A stretch of 64,000 nt of DNA. Origin: Felis catus. Taxonomy: Eukaryota. The notes under the pieces are model-generated. The model saw only the letters and a program-made list of their open reading frames with translations, had not been told where the DNA came from and made no database searches. The position numbers and the translations under genes are program-made. The stretch lies in contig NC_058368.1 in assembly GCF_018350175.1 (NCBI RefSeq), forward strand, positions 136,898,001 to 136,962,000, read 5' to 3'. Position 1 is the first letter of the stretch. Every line of letters begins with the position of its first letter. Positions 1 to 11,679 of the stretch are shown here, piece after piece.

Positions 1-1010
1 TTCTCTGAGAGCTGGGAAGGAAGGGCAGCTGATAAACTTGGTGGAATGGGTATGTTTTGGGCAAACACTATATAAGGAACCTTGAACTCACCTTGAATAT
101 GAATTGTCCCTCCATGAACTGGGTCACAGAAATATACATTGTTCAGACACTTAAAGACCATTTTATTGTTTATTGTTTAAAAGTGCTCACTCAGGAACTT
201 CTTCCAAATGTCCAACCAAGTTTCTTATATTTCAGGGTAAACCTGTTTTGGCTTCCTTAGGGATATTGAAAAAAGATGGTTGCCATTCTCAGGTTTAATA
301 ATCTTTCAGATTCAGATCTCTGTTATTAGAGCAGGCTTTTAAAAACTGATTTAATGGGCCCTAGCTTCTCTAAGGCTGAGTCATCTACTTGGAATCCCTA
401 AGGGCAATTTGTTAATTATTAAGAAATGGAAACCTAACAAATAGGCTGCGGTAGAAAGTCAGTTCAGTCAGTATTAGCAGAAATAAATGAAGTTTTTTTT
501 TTTTTCTGATCTACTTTAGAAATTAATGTCTTCTACTAAAATCTTTTCCTGCTGCCAGTTGGAATTTGAACTTACCTAATTTTTCCCCCTCAACTTAATT
601 TTCTTTTCATCAAAACTGCTCTTGCTGCCAATATGACCCAGAGGGCCTGATTTTCCATTTTCCCAGCTAATACTTGCTACATACTGAATTGATTTCTCAG
701 ATGATCTCATGGAGGCGCATGCATGTTGGCTCTGCTGTCTGAATTCAAACTCATCAATTTCAAAAGAACTGTAGCCCCCTCTTTAGCAATGTTAATCAAT
801 ATCAAAAGATTAATCTCCACTTCCAAATAATGTTTGAAAGAGCTGAGACCAACATGGGATAGCTTTCCACTGATGCTATTTGAATTCCAATCATGTCTCT
901 AGAAATAAGGCATGTCTCCAAGTGGATACCCATTTTGGAATTCAATTACCTTGCAGGGGAATTGACAATTGGTTAGTTTTGCTACTTTTACCATTATTTT
1001 TTAACACAGA

Positions 1011-1234
1011 AAAAAAATTTTTTTTAAATATTTATTTATTTTTGAGAAAGAGAGAGCATGTGCATGTGTGCTTATGTGAATGGGGAAGGGGCAGAGAGAG
1101 GAGAGAATTCCAAGCAGGCTCCATGCTGTCAGTGCAGAGTCCAGGGCGGGGCTTGATCCCACCAACCATGAGATCATGACCCAAGCTGAAATCAAGAGTC
1201 AGATGCTCAACTGACTGAGCCACTCAGGTTCCCC
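1011..1234 (-). mobile_element. CAN-SINE (SINEC)
   Basis: tRNA-like head, CT-rich tract and A tail on the minus strand; TSD aacacaga at 1003-1010 and 1235-1242. Confidence 0.93.
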
Positions 1235-1252
1235 AACACAGATAGATGTTTT

Positions 1253-1476
1253 TCGGTTTTTTGGATTTTTTTAAATGTTTGTTTATTTTTGAGACACAGG
1301 GAGACAGAGCACGAGTGGGGGAGGGGCAGAGAGAGAGGGAGACACAGAATCTGAAACAGGCTCCAGGCTCTGAGCTGTCAGCACACAGCCCGATGCGGGG
1401 CTCCAACCCAGGAACCATGAGATCGTGACCTGAGCCTAAGTTGGATGCTTAACCGACTGAGCCACCCAGGCTCCCC
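1253..1476 (-). mobile_element. CAN-SINE (felid SINEC_Fc-like)
   Basis: Full SINEC body; TSD cagatagatgtttt at 1239-1252 and 1477-1490. Confidence 0.95.
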
Positions 1477-1619
1477 CAGATAGATGTTTTAATGCCCCTT
1501 TCTGCAGTCACTAAGGTCCCCCTAAAGTTACAGTCCATGCTAGGAAGCCTCCTAGGCTGCATGGGGTAGGCAAGGAGATAGGACTCTTTCTCATAAATCC
1601 CTTAAGATTTTGGAACTTA

Positions 1620-2090
1620 AGAATTGCATTTTGGCTAAGAGCAATGTAGACTTGAGGGGAAAAAAAGGAGTCTGTACAACTGAGAAGCTTTGTTTTTCTT
1701 CCATGTATAAAAACCATGTAGATGGTCAGTCTAGGTCTGGTGTGACATTTTATGATAACATCAGGGACCCAGCCTCTTTCTGTGTTTCCATACCACCATT
1801 GTAAGTGTATGATTTTTATCTATTACGTCTTTTCCAGCAAGATAGAGGAAGAATGGAGGAGAAAGACACTGGACCCTTTTGAGGATGTTTTCCCAAATGT
1901 CTCACCCAGCCACTTATACTTACATGTTATGGGCCAGAACTGAATCCTGTAACCATACGTAGTAGTAGCAAAGAAACGTGAGAAATATAGTCTTAGAATT
2001 CTGTACATGACAGCATCAGTTGAAGTTAGGGAGTTCTGTTAATCAGAAAAGAAGGGGAGGACGGATATTGTTTAGAAAACTAGCAGTCTC
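1620..2090 (-). mobile_element. Old MaLR LTR relic (MLT1J/K-like)
   Basis: Degenerate motifs such as cagggacccagcctctttc, ggccagaactgaatc and gagaaatatagtctt resemble MLT1. Confidence 0.5.
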
Positions 2091-3794
2091 TATGGCACTA
2101 TGATATTCTACTTCAAATATAGCTAACTTAAAAGACAAAGACAAAATGCTAATTTCTGCATGTTCAGGGCTTCTGGTCCTTTATTTTGGTCGAAGGCACC
2201 CAATGACTTGTGAACATTTTTTGACGTTTCAGAAAACCAGAGGGGCAGGAGGTGTCCTTCTATAGTTCTTAGAGTAATTTTTCTTACCTAAATTCGCCCT
2301 ATTCCTTGCTAATTTTCTTAGTCTTTGGTTTGAAATCTGTAAGATTGAAGCATTGTGCTGTACCTTGATCTAGTTTTCCTTAACTGTACCCTGAGGTTTC
2401 AGTTTGAGACCAATTCTAGCTTTAAAATCTCTCTTTGCCTTTTATCAGTAACTGCCTCGTCTATATTGTCCTTCATCAGTCTATTTTGAGGTTTTGAACT
2501 TTACTCTTGAAATCCCTTCTGAATCACAGATAGTTGCTGGAGGCAGGGAGGGAAATTGGGAAGACTTAAGAAGAGAAGTTGAAATCTTCCAGGAGCAAAT
2601 CATTAATAGATCCTAGCATGGAGCTCCAGGAGGTTTATCTGTGTAAATTGCTAGGGGACCTCTGTTCTCCTTCTCATTCGTTATTGGCGAAGGTCTACTA
2701 GGTGCAAGGCACTAGAGACCTAACACCTAACAAGGTCAATTTCTCCTTGCCCTCAATAGGACAGACAATTGCCAACCCAATCAGAATTGGTTATTATTAA
2801 TGTAAGAGTTTGAAGTACTATTGAGAGTCAGAGACTTTACCCTACTTTTAAGCTAATGAGTAAACCTTCCATAGTTTCATGGACGCTGGTAGAGTTCACA
2901 AGGTACTCAGAGGTGAAGGACATTTCCTTAAATCAGAGCAACAGTAGTAGCCACAACATTAGCATTTTTGCATCATTTTCTTGAACCCAGTTCCCACATG
3001 GCAACCCGAGGTCTATATGCCTCTTATACATACAGGAGAACCCAGATCTCTCAAAATGGCAGTAAGCATGCCTGCCCTTTTCTCTACATGAAGCACCATT
3101 TCGGTCTTTCCAGGCTGTGGATTCTATGAATATCCTTGAAAAGATAGTCTAGAATAAAGGCAGGTAGTACTTCTGCTTGAATGTGAGAAATCTGTAGAGT
3201 GTTGCCTCCCAGTGAAAAGTGTGCTCATGACTTGGCCTGTGCTTTGCAACACTGAACTTAGATTGGGTTCTTTGGATTTAGCCTACTTGGAATCATTTCA
3301 TTCTGTTCTTTGGGACCAAAGTTAGCCCCTCATCCTGATCAACTGCTAAACAAACTTAAATTGTTATAATGGTCTGTAGAAAGAACTAAGCTGGTTTGCT
3401 ATATGAAAAGAAATATCTCTTCCAGAAAAACTCTTTTCCAAAGGATCAAGAGCCTTTAAAATGTTTATATTCTTTGACTTTATAATTTCACTTCTGGGAG
3501 TCAAGTCCTAGATATTAACAAGGTTTTTTTCGTTTTTTTTTAATGTATGCATTTATCAATATGTTGAACTTACCAATATATTGAAGAGTGGTATTGCTTA
3601 AATGAACAAATTATCATATATGCATTCATCATTAAAAATGAGGTATTCTATAATTTCTTAATGAGAAAATATTCACTGTATAATAGTTGACAGAAAGAAT
3701 CGGATCTGGGGGAAAATTAATACATTTGGAAGATAATACATGAAATTGTAAACAGTGAATAACATTAGTTGGGGAATTCTGAATCATTCTGATT

Positions 3795-4018
3795 TTCTTT
3801 TCTTTTTTAATGTTTTTATTTATTTTTGAGAGAGAGAGAGAGAGAGAGAGCACCAGCAGGGGAGGGGCAGAAAGTGAGGGAGACCCAGAATCCAAAGCAG
3901 GCTCCAGGCTCTGAGCTGTAGGCACAAGAGCCCAATGCAGGGCTCGAACCCACAAACTGTGAGATCATGACCTGAGCCGAAGTTGGATGCTCAACCTGCT
4001 GAACCACACAGACGCCCT
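3795..4018 (-). mobile_element. CAN-SINE
   Basis: SINEC body with (GA)n tract on +; short flanking repeat attttcttt. Confidence 0.93.
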
Positions 4019-4273
4019 GTTATTTTCTTTAACCTTTTCTGTATTTTTCAAATTGTGCTAGTGAATATTGGTAATGGGTGGAGCAAAGGGGGGAATGTGT
4101 TTTTTGCCTTGGGTTAAATATGTCTATCTGATGGAAGGTAGTTAGTGGTACCATCTTAAAAGCCAAGTACAGTACCCAGTTTTAGAAGTTCCTTAATAGC
4201 CACAGTGTAAATAGGAGTACTTGAACCAGCTTCCTCTTGATACCTGCAACTGATTAGCCTGCAATTTCTAGAA

Positions 4274-4380
4274 AGGAAGGAAGGAAGGAAGGAGGGAGGG
4301 AGGGAGGGAGGGAGGAAGGAAGGAAGGAAGGAAGGAAGGAAGGAAGGAAGGAAGGAAGGAAGGAAGGAAGGAAGGAAAGG
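4274..4380. repeat. (GGAA)n/(GGGA)n purine microsatellite
   Basis: Directly visible tandem repeat. Confidence 0.97.
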
Positions 4381-4469
4381 TAAAGGTGTATTTCACCCCA
4401 CAGTCGATCTTAGGAGATAGTCTCATAGTCCTCTGCTCCGAATCTGGAAGAAATAGGAAGAAACTGATA

Positions 4470-4690
4470 GTAATGTTTGAGTACCTGCTGTGTGCTGGTA
4501 TTTTATTCGATATTCACAGTAATTCCAAATGTGAGATGTAAACCTATTTTCCTAATTTTATAAATGCAAAAGTTGGAAGAGCTTAAATACATGGCCAGAG
4601 TTACATAACTCATAATTGCCCATGCCAGGAGTCCAGCCCAAATATGCCAGACTCCAAAATCTGTATTTTCTCCGTTTCTATCTTTAGGTA
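4470..4690 (-). mobile_element. MIR relic
   Basis: tttgagtacctgctgtgtgctgg...ctaattttataaatgcaaaagttgga...tgccagactccaaaatc resembles the MIR core. Confidence 0.6.
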
Positions 4691-4896
4691 AGTTTTGAAG
4701 CTGAGGTGTTTTAATTAGCTGTTGGAAACCCAAGTTCTGGCTGATAGACATATATTCGAAGCATCTTTGAATTTGTGCAAGAGAATGAATTAGGTAATAG
4801 CATGAAAGCAGGTAGATGCCTATAAATGTAGGGTTCATACATCATTGTTGAGCGCTGGCTCAGTCTTGTTTTTGCTTGTTTGTTCTTTGTATTCAG

Positions 4897-5010
4897 ATTT
4901 TGATTCATATCCAGTCAAATATGTTGAAAACCCTGATAAAGATATTAAAGGATGCTGCAGACGGAAATTTATCAAAATTTGTGAAAAGACAGGAGTTCTC
5001 AGAAGAAGTG
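4897..5010 (+). CDS. PTCD2: PTCD2 penultimate coding exon (114 nt, phase 0-0): [38 protein letters not shown]
   Basis: Polypyrimidine tract and ttcAG acceptor end at 4896; GTGAGT donor starts at 5011; 38 open codons. Peptide matches recalled human PTCD2 ([38 protein letters not shown]). The ORF track shows a different frame here. Confidence 0.95.
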
Positions 5011-5299
5011 GTGAGTATGAGATTGCTGCAGAAATGATTTAAAGGTGAAAGGACATGCATTAGAGTATCCACTTACTGTCTTCATTCTACAGGCCGCCAC
5101 CTTAAAGAGCGTCAAGTATGACAACATCTCTCTTTTTCCTGTTAAAAGATTTCTGTTTGGGTGCAAAGGTTTTTTTTCTTCCAACAGGAAGTATCCTCTG
5201 AAATTCTAGGAAAACTTGGTCCTCTTACATTATTTCCCCACCCCCCACATAGTGTTTTCCTGCATCCTGGGTCCCCTTTTTCCTCAAGCCCTCCAGTAC

Positions 5300-5610
5300 C
5301 TTCTGCCCACTCCCTGACCCCTGCGCCCTGGTTCATGGCGGAAGTAAGAGCAATCAGAAGAGAACTGCTGCCTCACCAACCACCTCCTGTCCCGCCTGCT
5401 CATCTTTCCTCCTGAAGCCATGGCAATTGAATGCACCTCTCTGGAGCAGGCTTCCCCACTGAGCCCTAGAGCCCATCCCTCAGACCCACTGTAGGACATC
5501 AGTTCAGAATATTTTACCCTCTTTTGAGCATCATGAACATCCCCGTCCCTGGGGATCATTCTGTAGCTCTTATCTTAAAAATTAAAAAAAAAAAAAAGTG
5601 TCCCTACTTA
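5300..5610 (+). mobile_element. L2 relic
   Basis: agcaatcagaagagaactgc and ggatcattc...cttatcttaaaa resemble L2 internal sequence. Confidence 0.5.
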
Positions 5611-5624
5611 CACAAATAAAAAGA

Positions 5625-5895
5625 CACACTGTGTGTTGAGATAGGAGGACTCAACCCCATAAAGTCAGTTCTTCCCAACTTATTGTGATAGTGTAACCTA
5701 ATAAAAGTGCCATTAGTTTTGTTTGTGTGGTTAAAGTTTAGTAGGAAGAACAAACTAACAAGAATAACTGGGAAAACCTTGTGAGAGGAGAGCAGCGAGG
5801 GGTGCTAGACCTGCCAGAAATTTAACCGTATTAATGCTTCTATAATCAGAACTTTGGTTTTAGGTACTGAATAGACCAACTAATGGAACTGTATA
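5625..5895 (+). mobile_element. Ancient L1M ORF2 relic
   Basis: Degenerate similarity to late L1 ORF2 (ggactcaac...gtcagttcttcccaa...agacctgccaga...aatagaccaactaatggaac). Confidence 0.55.
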
Positions 5896-6898
5896 AATGT
5901 TTTTGCAAAACTATAAAACAAAATTAAATAGAAATGATAAGCAGTTTCAGAAAATTGAAAGCAGAAGGAAACAAAGGAACCCATGTCTCACACTGATGGC
6001 TGAAGCACACAAAGAGGAGCTACTGTAAGTCCTTTGAAATTCAGTAATTTGTCCATCAGTAGCTAAAGGGAAAAAAAAACTGTAAGGAAATCGTAAATGA
6101 CTGGCAGTGATGAGTTTGTTACTAATGAAATTGGTATTGTCGTTTTGACTAATAAAGAGGCCTGTTTGATTGGTTCGCCCTCCCTGCTTTTCTCCCTCCC
6201 TCCCTTGCCTTCTGACGGTACTGGTTCCTGCTGGTTGGCGGGAGAGGGCAGCAGGCTCCTTTCTCCCCCTCTGACACTCTGTTGCCCTCCCAGCCCTATC
6301 CCTTTTTTGGACTTGCACCCAAACGCTTCTACCTGCTGGCAAAGGGAGCTTGTCAGGAAACTAACTGGATATGATTAATATAAAGCTTCTGTTTGGATTC
6401 CTTAGCGCTGTGGAGGTTGTGATCCACCCAAACCCTTTTGGAGTATGTTTTAGGAAAGTAGGGTAACTGGAAATGTAAACCTGTTTTAAAGTGCACAGTT
6501 TGTGCATGTGCATCCATTACTGACACAACTTCAGTTTCCCCAGCAGCACTAATGCTTATCACTCTACTTAGATCTGGTTTATCAATATGTTGTCCCCATT
6601 ATATGACTGAAGCATCCAAACAAACACCACATTGAGAAATACTGATTTTTTCCCCAAAGTCTGTAAGATTGACTTATTTCAAAAGCTCCCCCTCTAGCTG
6701 AGTCTGTTCCTGGCTGTTGTGAGGCTGCATGGGGAACTGCTGTTGAGAAATAAATAAACGCTCTAACTCCAGTAGCCTTTGAACAGCTCTAAATAACACT
6801 TGTATAAGACTGTATGCAGAGTCCTCCATTATAAAACCTACATCTTACAAGTGCTCTGGGTAGTGTTGATGGCAACAGCTATTAAAGATGTCTCGTAT

Positions 6899-7103
6899 GG
6901 GGCGCCTGGGTGGCTCGGTCGGTTAAGCGTCTGACTTCGGCTCAGGTCATGATCTTGTGGTTTGTGAGTTTGAGCCCAGTGTCAGGCTCTGTGCTGGCAG
7001 CTCGTAGCCTGGAGCCTGCTTCCGATTCTGTGTCTCCCTCTCTCTCTCTCTCTACCCCTCCCCCACTCATGCTCTGTCTCTGTCTCTCAAAAATGAATAA
7101 ACT
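6899..7103 (+). mobile_element. CAN-SINE, 5' unit of a head-to-tail dimer
   Basis: ggggcgcctgggtggctc head through aaaaatgaataaac. Confidence 0.95.
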
Positions 7104-7104
7104 A

Positions 7105-7320
7105 GGGGCGCCTGGGTGGCTCAGTCGGTTAAGCGTCCGACTTCGGCTCAGGTCGTGATCTCGTGGTCCGTGAGTTCAAGCCCCGCGTCGGGCTCTGTGC
7201 TGACAGCTCAGAGCCTGGAGCCTGTTTCAGATTCTGTGTCTCCCTCTCTCTCTGCCCCTCCCCTGTTCATGCTCTGTCTCTCTCTGTCTCAAAAATAAAT
7301 AAACGTTAAAAAAAAAAAAA
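7105..7320 (+). mobile_element. CAN-SINE (CpG-rich, young-looking), 3' unit of the dimer
   Basis: Near-consensus SINEC with A tail; outer TSD aaagatgtctcgt(a/g)t at 6884-6898 and 7320-7334. Confidence 0.96.
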
Positions 7321-7969
7321 AAGATGTCTCGTGTGTGGAGATAAGGTTATACCTACCACCAAAGGAATGTTGAAAAGAATTGTTGGGTTGTTTTTTTTTT
7401 AATTACTATGACTAAAATCTCTCCAAACATTCACTGTTTCTTCACTGATTTCTTTTTTGAAACTAACCTAACAATGGAGTAAAATCTCTTTTCTGCCTAA
7501 GTTGTAGAATGGTCCCTGTGACACCATTTGGTATTTGTGTAGTGATGGGAGAGAATTGATGCAGTATATGCAATTAGAGCAAAGTTATCTCCAGCTTGGC
7601 ATGTTTGGTTGGCTGCTTTCGGAAACCATATGCTGCCCATTAGGTCTCCTCACCTTCAACATGGGGCAGGGACTAAACAAGCTATTCATTCTTCTTAAGA
7701 ATAACATAAAATGCTGAAACTTCTTACCTGAAGGTTCCTGGGAGCCCTTATTTGAAAGGAAGGTATGTTGGCAGCAGATAGGGTTATGATCTATCTAGAA
7801 GGTGACCAGAGGATTTCTTAGGGACCTTGATCACACGTAAATTTTATAAGATGTGTTGTTGGATTGTATCATAAATAAGGATTGAACGAAGTCAACTATT
7901 GATTTTGTTCAAAAGTAGCTTTACATTGTTATTTAGAGCTCACCCATTTTTGTAGAATTAAATGCCATT

Positions 7970-8560
7970 CTTACACTTTTGAGTCCAATGTTTATACCTT
8001 TGGTTTAGACATCTCCATGCCTCATATTTGTGTATATCCAACAACCTCTTGACTTACCCACTTAGAACTTTCACAGGCATCTCAACCAGAACTCTTGATG
8101 TTTTTATGCTTCCAAATCTGTTCCTTCCATCTTGCCCATCTCTATTAATTACCTCACCCATCACCAAGTTACTAAAGCCCAAATTAGGAAGATGTCTTTG
8201 ATTCCTCCCTTTCCTTGACCTCTTCCTCAATAAATCCTTTCAGTTTAACTCCCCAGATATACTTGATAGATGTCTACTTCAGCATGTTGTGTCTATGTTT
8301 TCCAGTCTAGACTGTGATCCTCTCTCATGTGGACTGTGGTATTGGCCTCTGGATTAGTCTCCACCCTCCCTTTCTCTACACGTTTAAACATTATCTGCAG
8401 ATGTTTAAACCTAAATCAGATCCTGTCCTAATTTGGACCTTCTGACAGCTTCTAGAATACATTCCAGAAAACTTAACCATGTATAAAACCCTACATATTT
8501 GGCCGTGCCTCCTGCTCTGATTGTTAAATTTGGCAAACTTGTTCCATTGCTGTTTGACTC
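7970..8560 (+). mobile_element. L2 relic
   Basis: cacaggcatctcaac...gaactcttgat...ctttgattcctccctttcc...ggactgtggtattggcctc resemble L2. Confidence 0.65.
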
Positions 8561-8607
8561 CTTTTCCTAGTATGTTTCATTGTATAGTATGTACCACATA
8601 AACACCC

Positions 8608-10186
8608 TTTTTTTTTAAATATGAAATTTATTGTCACATTGGTTTCCATACAACACCCAGTGCTCATCCCAACAGGTGCCCTCCTCAATAGCCATCACCC
8701 ACCCTCTCCTCCCTCCCACCCCCATCAACCCTCAGTTTGTTCTCAGTTTTTAAGAGTCTCTTATGGTTTGGCTCCCTCCCTCTCTAACCTTTTTTTTTTT
8801 CCCCCTTCCCCTCCCCCCATGGTCTTGTGTTAAGTTTCTCAAGATCAACATAAGAGTGAAAACATACGGTATCTGTCTTTCTCTGTATGGCTTATTTCAC
8901 TTAGCATCACACTCTCCAGTTCCATCCACGTTGCTACAAAAGGCCATATTTCATTCTTTCTCATTGCCATGTAGTATTCCATTGTGTATATAAACCACAA
9001 TTTCTTTATCCATTCATCAGTTGATGGACATTTAGGCTCTTTCCATAATTTGGCTGTTGTTGAAAGTGCTGCTATAAACATTGGGGTACAAGTGCCCCTA
9101 TGCATCAGCACTCCTGTATCCCTTGGGTAAATTCCTAGCAGTGCTATTGCTGGGTCATAGGGTAGATCTATTTTTAATTTTTTGAGGAACCTTCACACTG
9201 TTTTCCAGAGCAGCTGCACCAGTTTGCATTCCCACCAACAGTGCAAGAGGGTTCCCATTTCTCCACATCCCCTCCAGCATCTATAGTCTCCTGATTTGTT
9301 CATTTTAGCCACTCTGACTGGCGTGATGTGGTATCTGAGTGTGGTTTTGATTTGTATTTCCCTGATGAGGAGCGACATTGAGCATCTTTTCATGTGCCTG
9401 TTGGCCATCTGGATGTCTTCTTTAGAGAAGTGTCTATTCATGTTTTCTGCCCATTTCTTCACTGGATTATTTGTTTTTCAGGTGTGGAATTTGGTGAGGT
9501 CTTTATAGATTTTGGATACTAGCCCTTTGTCCGATATGTCATTTGCAAATAATCTTTTCCCATTCCATAGGTTGCCTTATAGTTTTGCTGATTGTTTCCT
9601 TTGCAGTGCAGAAGCTTTTTATCTTCATGAGGTCCCAGTAGTTCATTTTTGCTTTTAATTCCCTTGCCTTTGGGGATGTGTCGAGTAAGAAATTGCTGCG
9701 GTTGAGGTCAGAGAGGTTTTTTCCTGCTTTCTCCTCTAGAGTTTTGATGGTTTCCTGTCTCACATTCAGGTCCTTTATCCATTTTGAGTTTATTTTTGTG
9801 AGTGGTGTAAGAAAGTGGTCTAGTTTCAACCTTCTGCATGTTGCTGTCCAGTTCTCCCGGCACCATTTGTTAAAGAGACTGTCTTTTTTCCATTGGATGT
9901 TCTTTCCTGCTTTGTCAAAGATTAGTTGGCCATACCTTTTTGGGTCTAATTCTGGGGTTTCTATTCTATTCCATTGGTCTATGTGTCTGTTTTTGTGCCA
10001 ATACCATGCTGTCTTGATGATTACAGCTTTGTAGTAGAGGCTAAAGTCTGGGATTGTGATGCCTCCCGCTTTGGTCTTCTTCAAAATTACTTTGGCTATT
10101 CGGGGCCTTTTGTGGTTCCATACAAATTTTAGGATTGCTTGTTCTAGCTTCAAGAAGAACGCTGGTGTAATTTTGATTGGGATTGC
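8608..10186 (-). mobile_element. 5'-truncated felid L1 (L1_Fc-like): disrupted ORF2 C-terminus, 3' UTR and poly(A)
   Basis: Minus-strand ORFs 9539-10153, 9193-9462 and 8845-9111 are L1 ORF2 C-terminal peptides ([30 protein letters not shown]), broken by a frameshift and a stop; poly-T at 8608. Confidence 0.97.
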
Positions 10187-10416
10187 TTTATTCGATACTA
10201 GAAATGATTTTCAAGTACTAATTGTGAATTTTTTGTATAGCTTATAGAATCCCATGTAGTCATTCATACTTCTGTGTGGCCCGGTACCCTGGTTTTCACC
10301 ATTATAGGTATACACTATACATTTTAGTGCATTCGGACCTCTGCTTCTTGGAGAATCAGAAGAACAAGGAAGAAATTTTGCATAGAGATAATGATCTGCT
10401 CTTTGGCTTTTTCCAG

Positions 10417-10641
10417 CTGGCCAAAGCAAGGAAAAAAGTGAAGGATGTACCCGCCCTTCTGGCCAAATTTGATGAGATCTATGGGAAACTCCACATTAAT
10501 GGCCAGGTCACCACTTGCACTTTGGATACTCTCCTCTGCCACACCCCTGGGGACAGAAAATCCCACATGGTACTATTAAGTAAGAGGACAGTCAGCCATC
10601 GGACCTTTCAGCCTCTCAGCCAGTCTCTGTGGGCTGAATAA
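10417..10641 (+). CDS. PTCD2: PTCD2 terminal coding exon: [74 protein letters not shown]
   Basis: ctttttccAG acceptor ends at 10416, in frame with the previous exon; TAA at 10639-10641. Matches the recalled human PTCD2 C-terminus ([23 protein letters not shown]...[13 protein letters not shown]). Confidence 0.95.
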   Translation: MAKARKKVKDVPALLAKFDEIYGKLHINGQVTTCTLDTLLCHTPGDRKSHMVLLSKRTVSHRTFQPLSQSLWAE

Positions 10642-11220
10642 CCCTATGCTCAAGTCACTCATGGGTCTGAGCTGGAAGGGGCCTCCCAGTGAGTTAATGG
10701 CTTCCTAAGAAATCAGGCATTGTACTCCAGTGGATGCCATGTTAACAAACACTTGGTCTCCTTAAATTTCTGCGTTGATTTCGAACTGTCATGCTGATCT
10801 GAGAAGTTGATGTTGTGCCACCGTGAAGATCTAAATTGAGTCCAGCAGAAAGCTCCGCTCCCTCAGAAAGGACACTTCCTCCGTATAAAGTTCTAAGGAT
10901 CCTTGAAGGAACATGACTGTGGTCTCCAGTCCAACTGCCGGTACCAGCGTAGAACCAAGTAAGCACTAGTGGGAAGGAAATTGCCATAAGTGGTCAACTC
11001 CAGTAAATTTTGGGGGGAGTAGTTACTTGCAGACTATACTCTTGCTGAATTCAGGAGGTCTGAAACCCTATTTTGCTACTGTGGGCAATGGCTCAGGATG
11101 TTCTCACTGTTTCTGTCATCATCTGTCTGTGACCCTAAATAAGATGCTTGTGAATCTGCATATTGACTTGAAATTTTCATTTAAGTTTCATTAGGGTCAC
11201 ATTTTCTCAAAAATGAGAGA

Positions 11221-11226
11221 AATAAA
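11221..11226 (+). terminator. Candidate proximal polyadenylation signal
   Basis: AATAAA with a GT/T-rich tract (gttatgttttgtttt) at ~11251. Confidence 0.5.
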
Positions 11227-11369
11227 AGATTCCTGAGAAGATATCTTGAAGTTATGTTTTGTTTTCTCAGCAGCACAAACTAACCCAGGACTTAGCTCTC
11301 AGAAGTGATAAGTTAACCAAAATTTAAATGGTTATTACTGTGGTCATAGGCAGGCCAATTGCTTTTCAA

Positions 11370-11375
11370 AATAAA
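11370..11375 (+). terminator. Candidate second polyadenylation signal
   Basis: AATAAA with tgtattttttgtttgttttt starting at 11401. Confidence 0.55.
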
Positions 11376-11679
11376 TGCCAGTAAAGACACATATGCTCTC
11401 TGTATTTTTTGTTTGTTTTTTAAGTATTTGGTCCTACATTTCATCTTATTGATGATCTTCTCTTTTCTCTTGGAATGCTTTATTTTTTTGTAAAAGTAAA
11501 TGTGTCCTGACAGCAGGTTAAAGTTTCCTCATTCTGATCAGTCACACGATAGTTTGAAACACAGCACCGGTGAGTTGTGCCTTTTGTTTCTCAAGGCCCA
11601 CGTGATGTTCGCACCTTTCATCCATCTTCCTAGAGTTCTGTATACTCTTTCTTCAGTGCTGCTTCAAAAAGTGAGGTTT

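Larger units (their letters stand above)
10642..11400 (+). other. PTCD2: Probable PTCD2 3' UTR (end uncertain)
   Basis: Unique-looking sequence between the stop codon and two AATAAA hexamers. Confidence 0.6.

Noticed and set aside
4845..5042. [12 protein letters not shown]... from the track
   Set aside because: Overlaps the real exon in the wrong frame.
6899..7000. tRNA genes suggested by A/B-box-like motifs in SINE heads
   Set aside because: These are tRNA-derived SINE heads followed by CT tracts and A tails, not cloverleaf tRNA genes.
8845..10153. 204-aa and neighbouring minus-strand ORFs as a host gene
   Set aside because: They are broken L1 ORF2 fragments of a 5'-truncated element.
10276..10416. 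N-terminal part of ORF 10276..10641 as coding
   Set aside because: PTCD2 similarity begins exactly at the AG acceptor (10417); the upstream part is a chance open intronic frame with a non-ATG start.
10564..10575. Possible splice donor cacatg|gtacta inside the last exon
   Set aside because: The reading frame keeps matching the PTCD2 C-terminus through to the stop codon.
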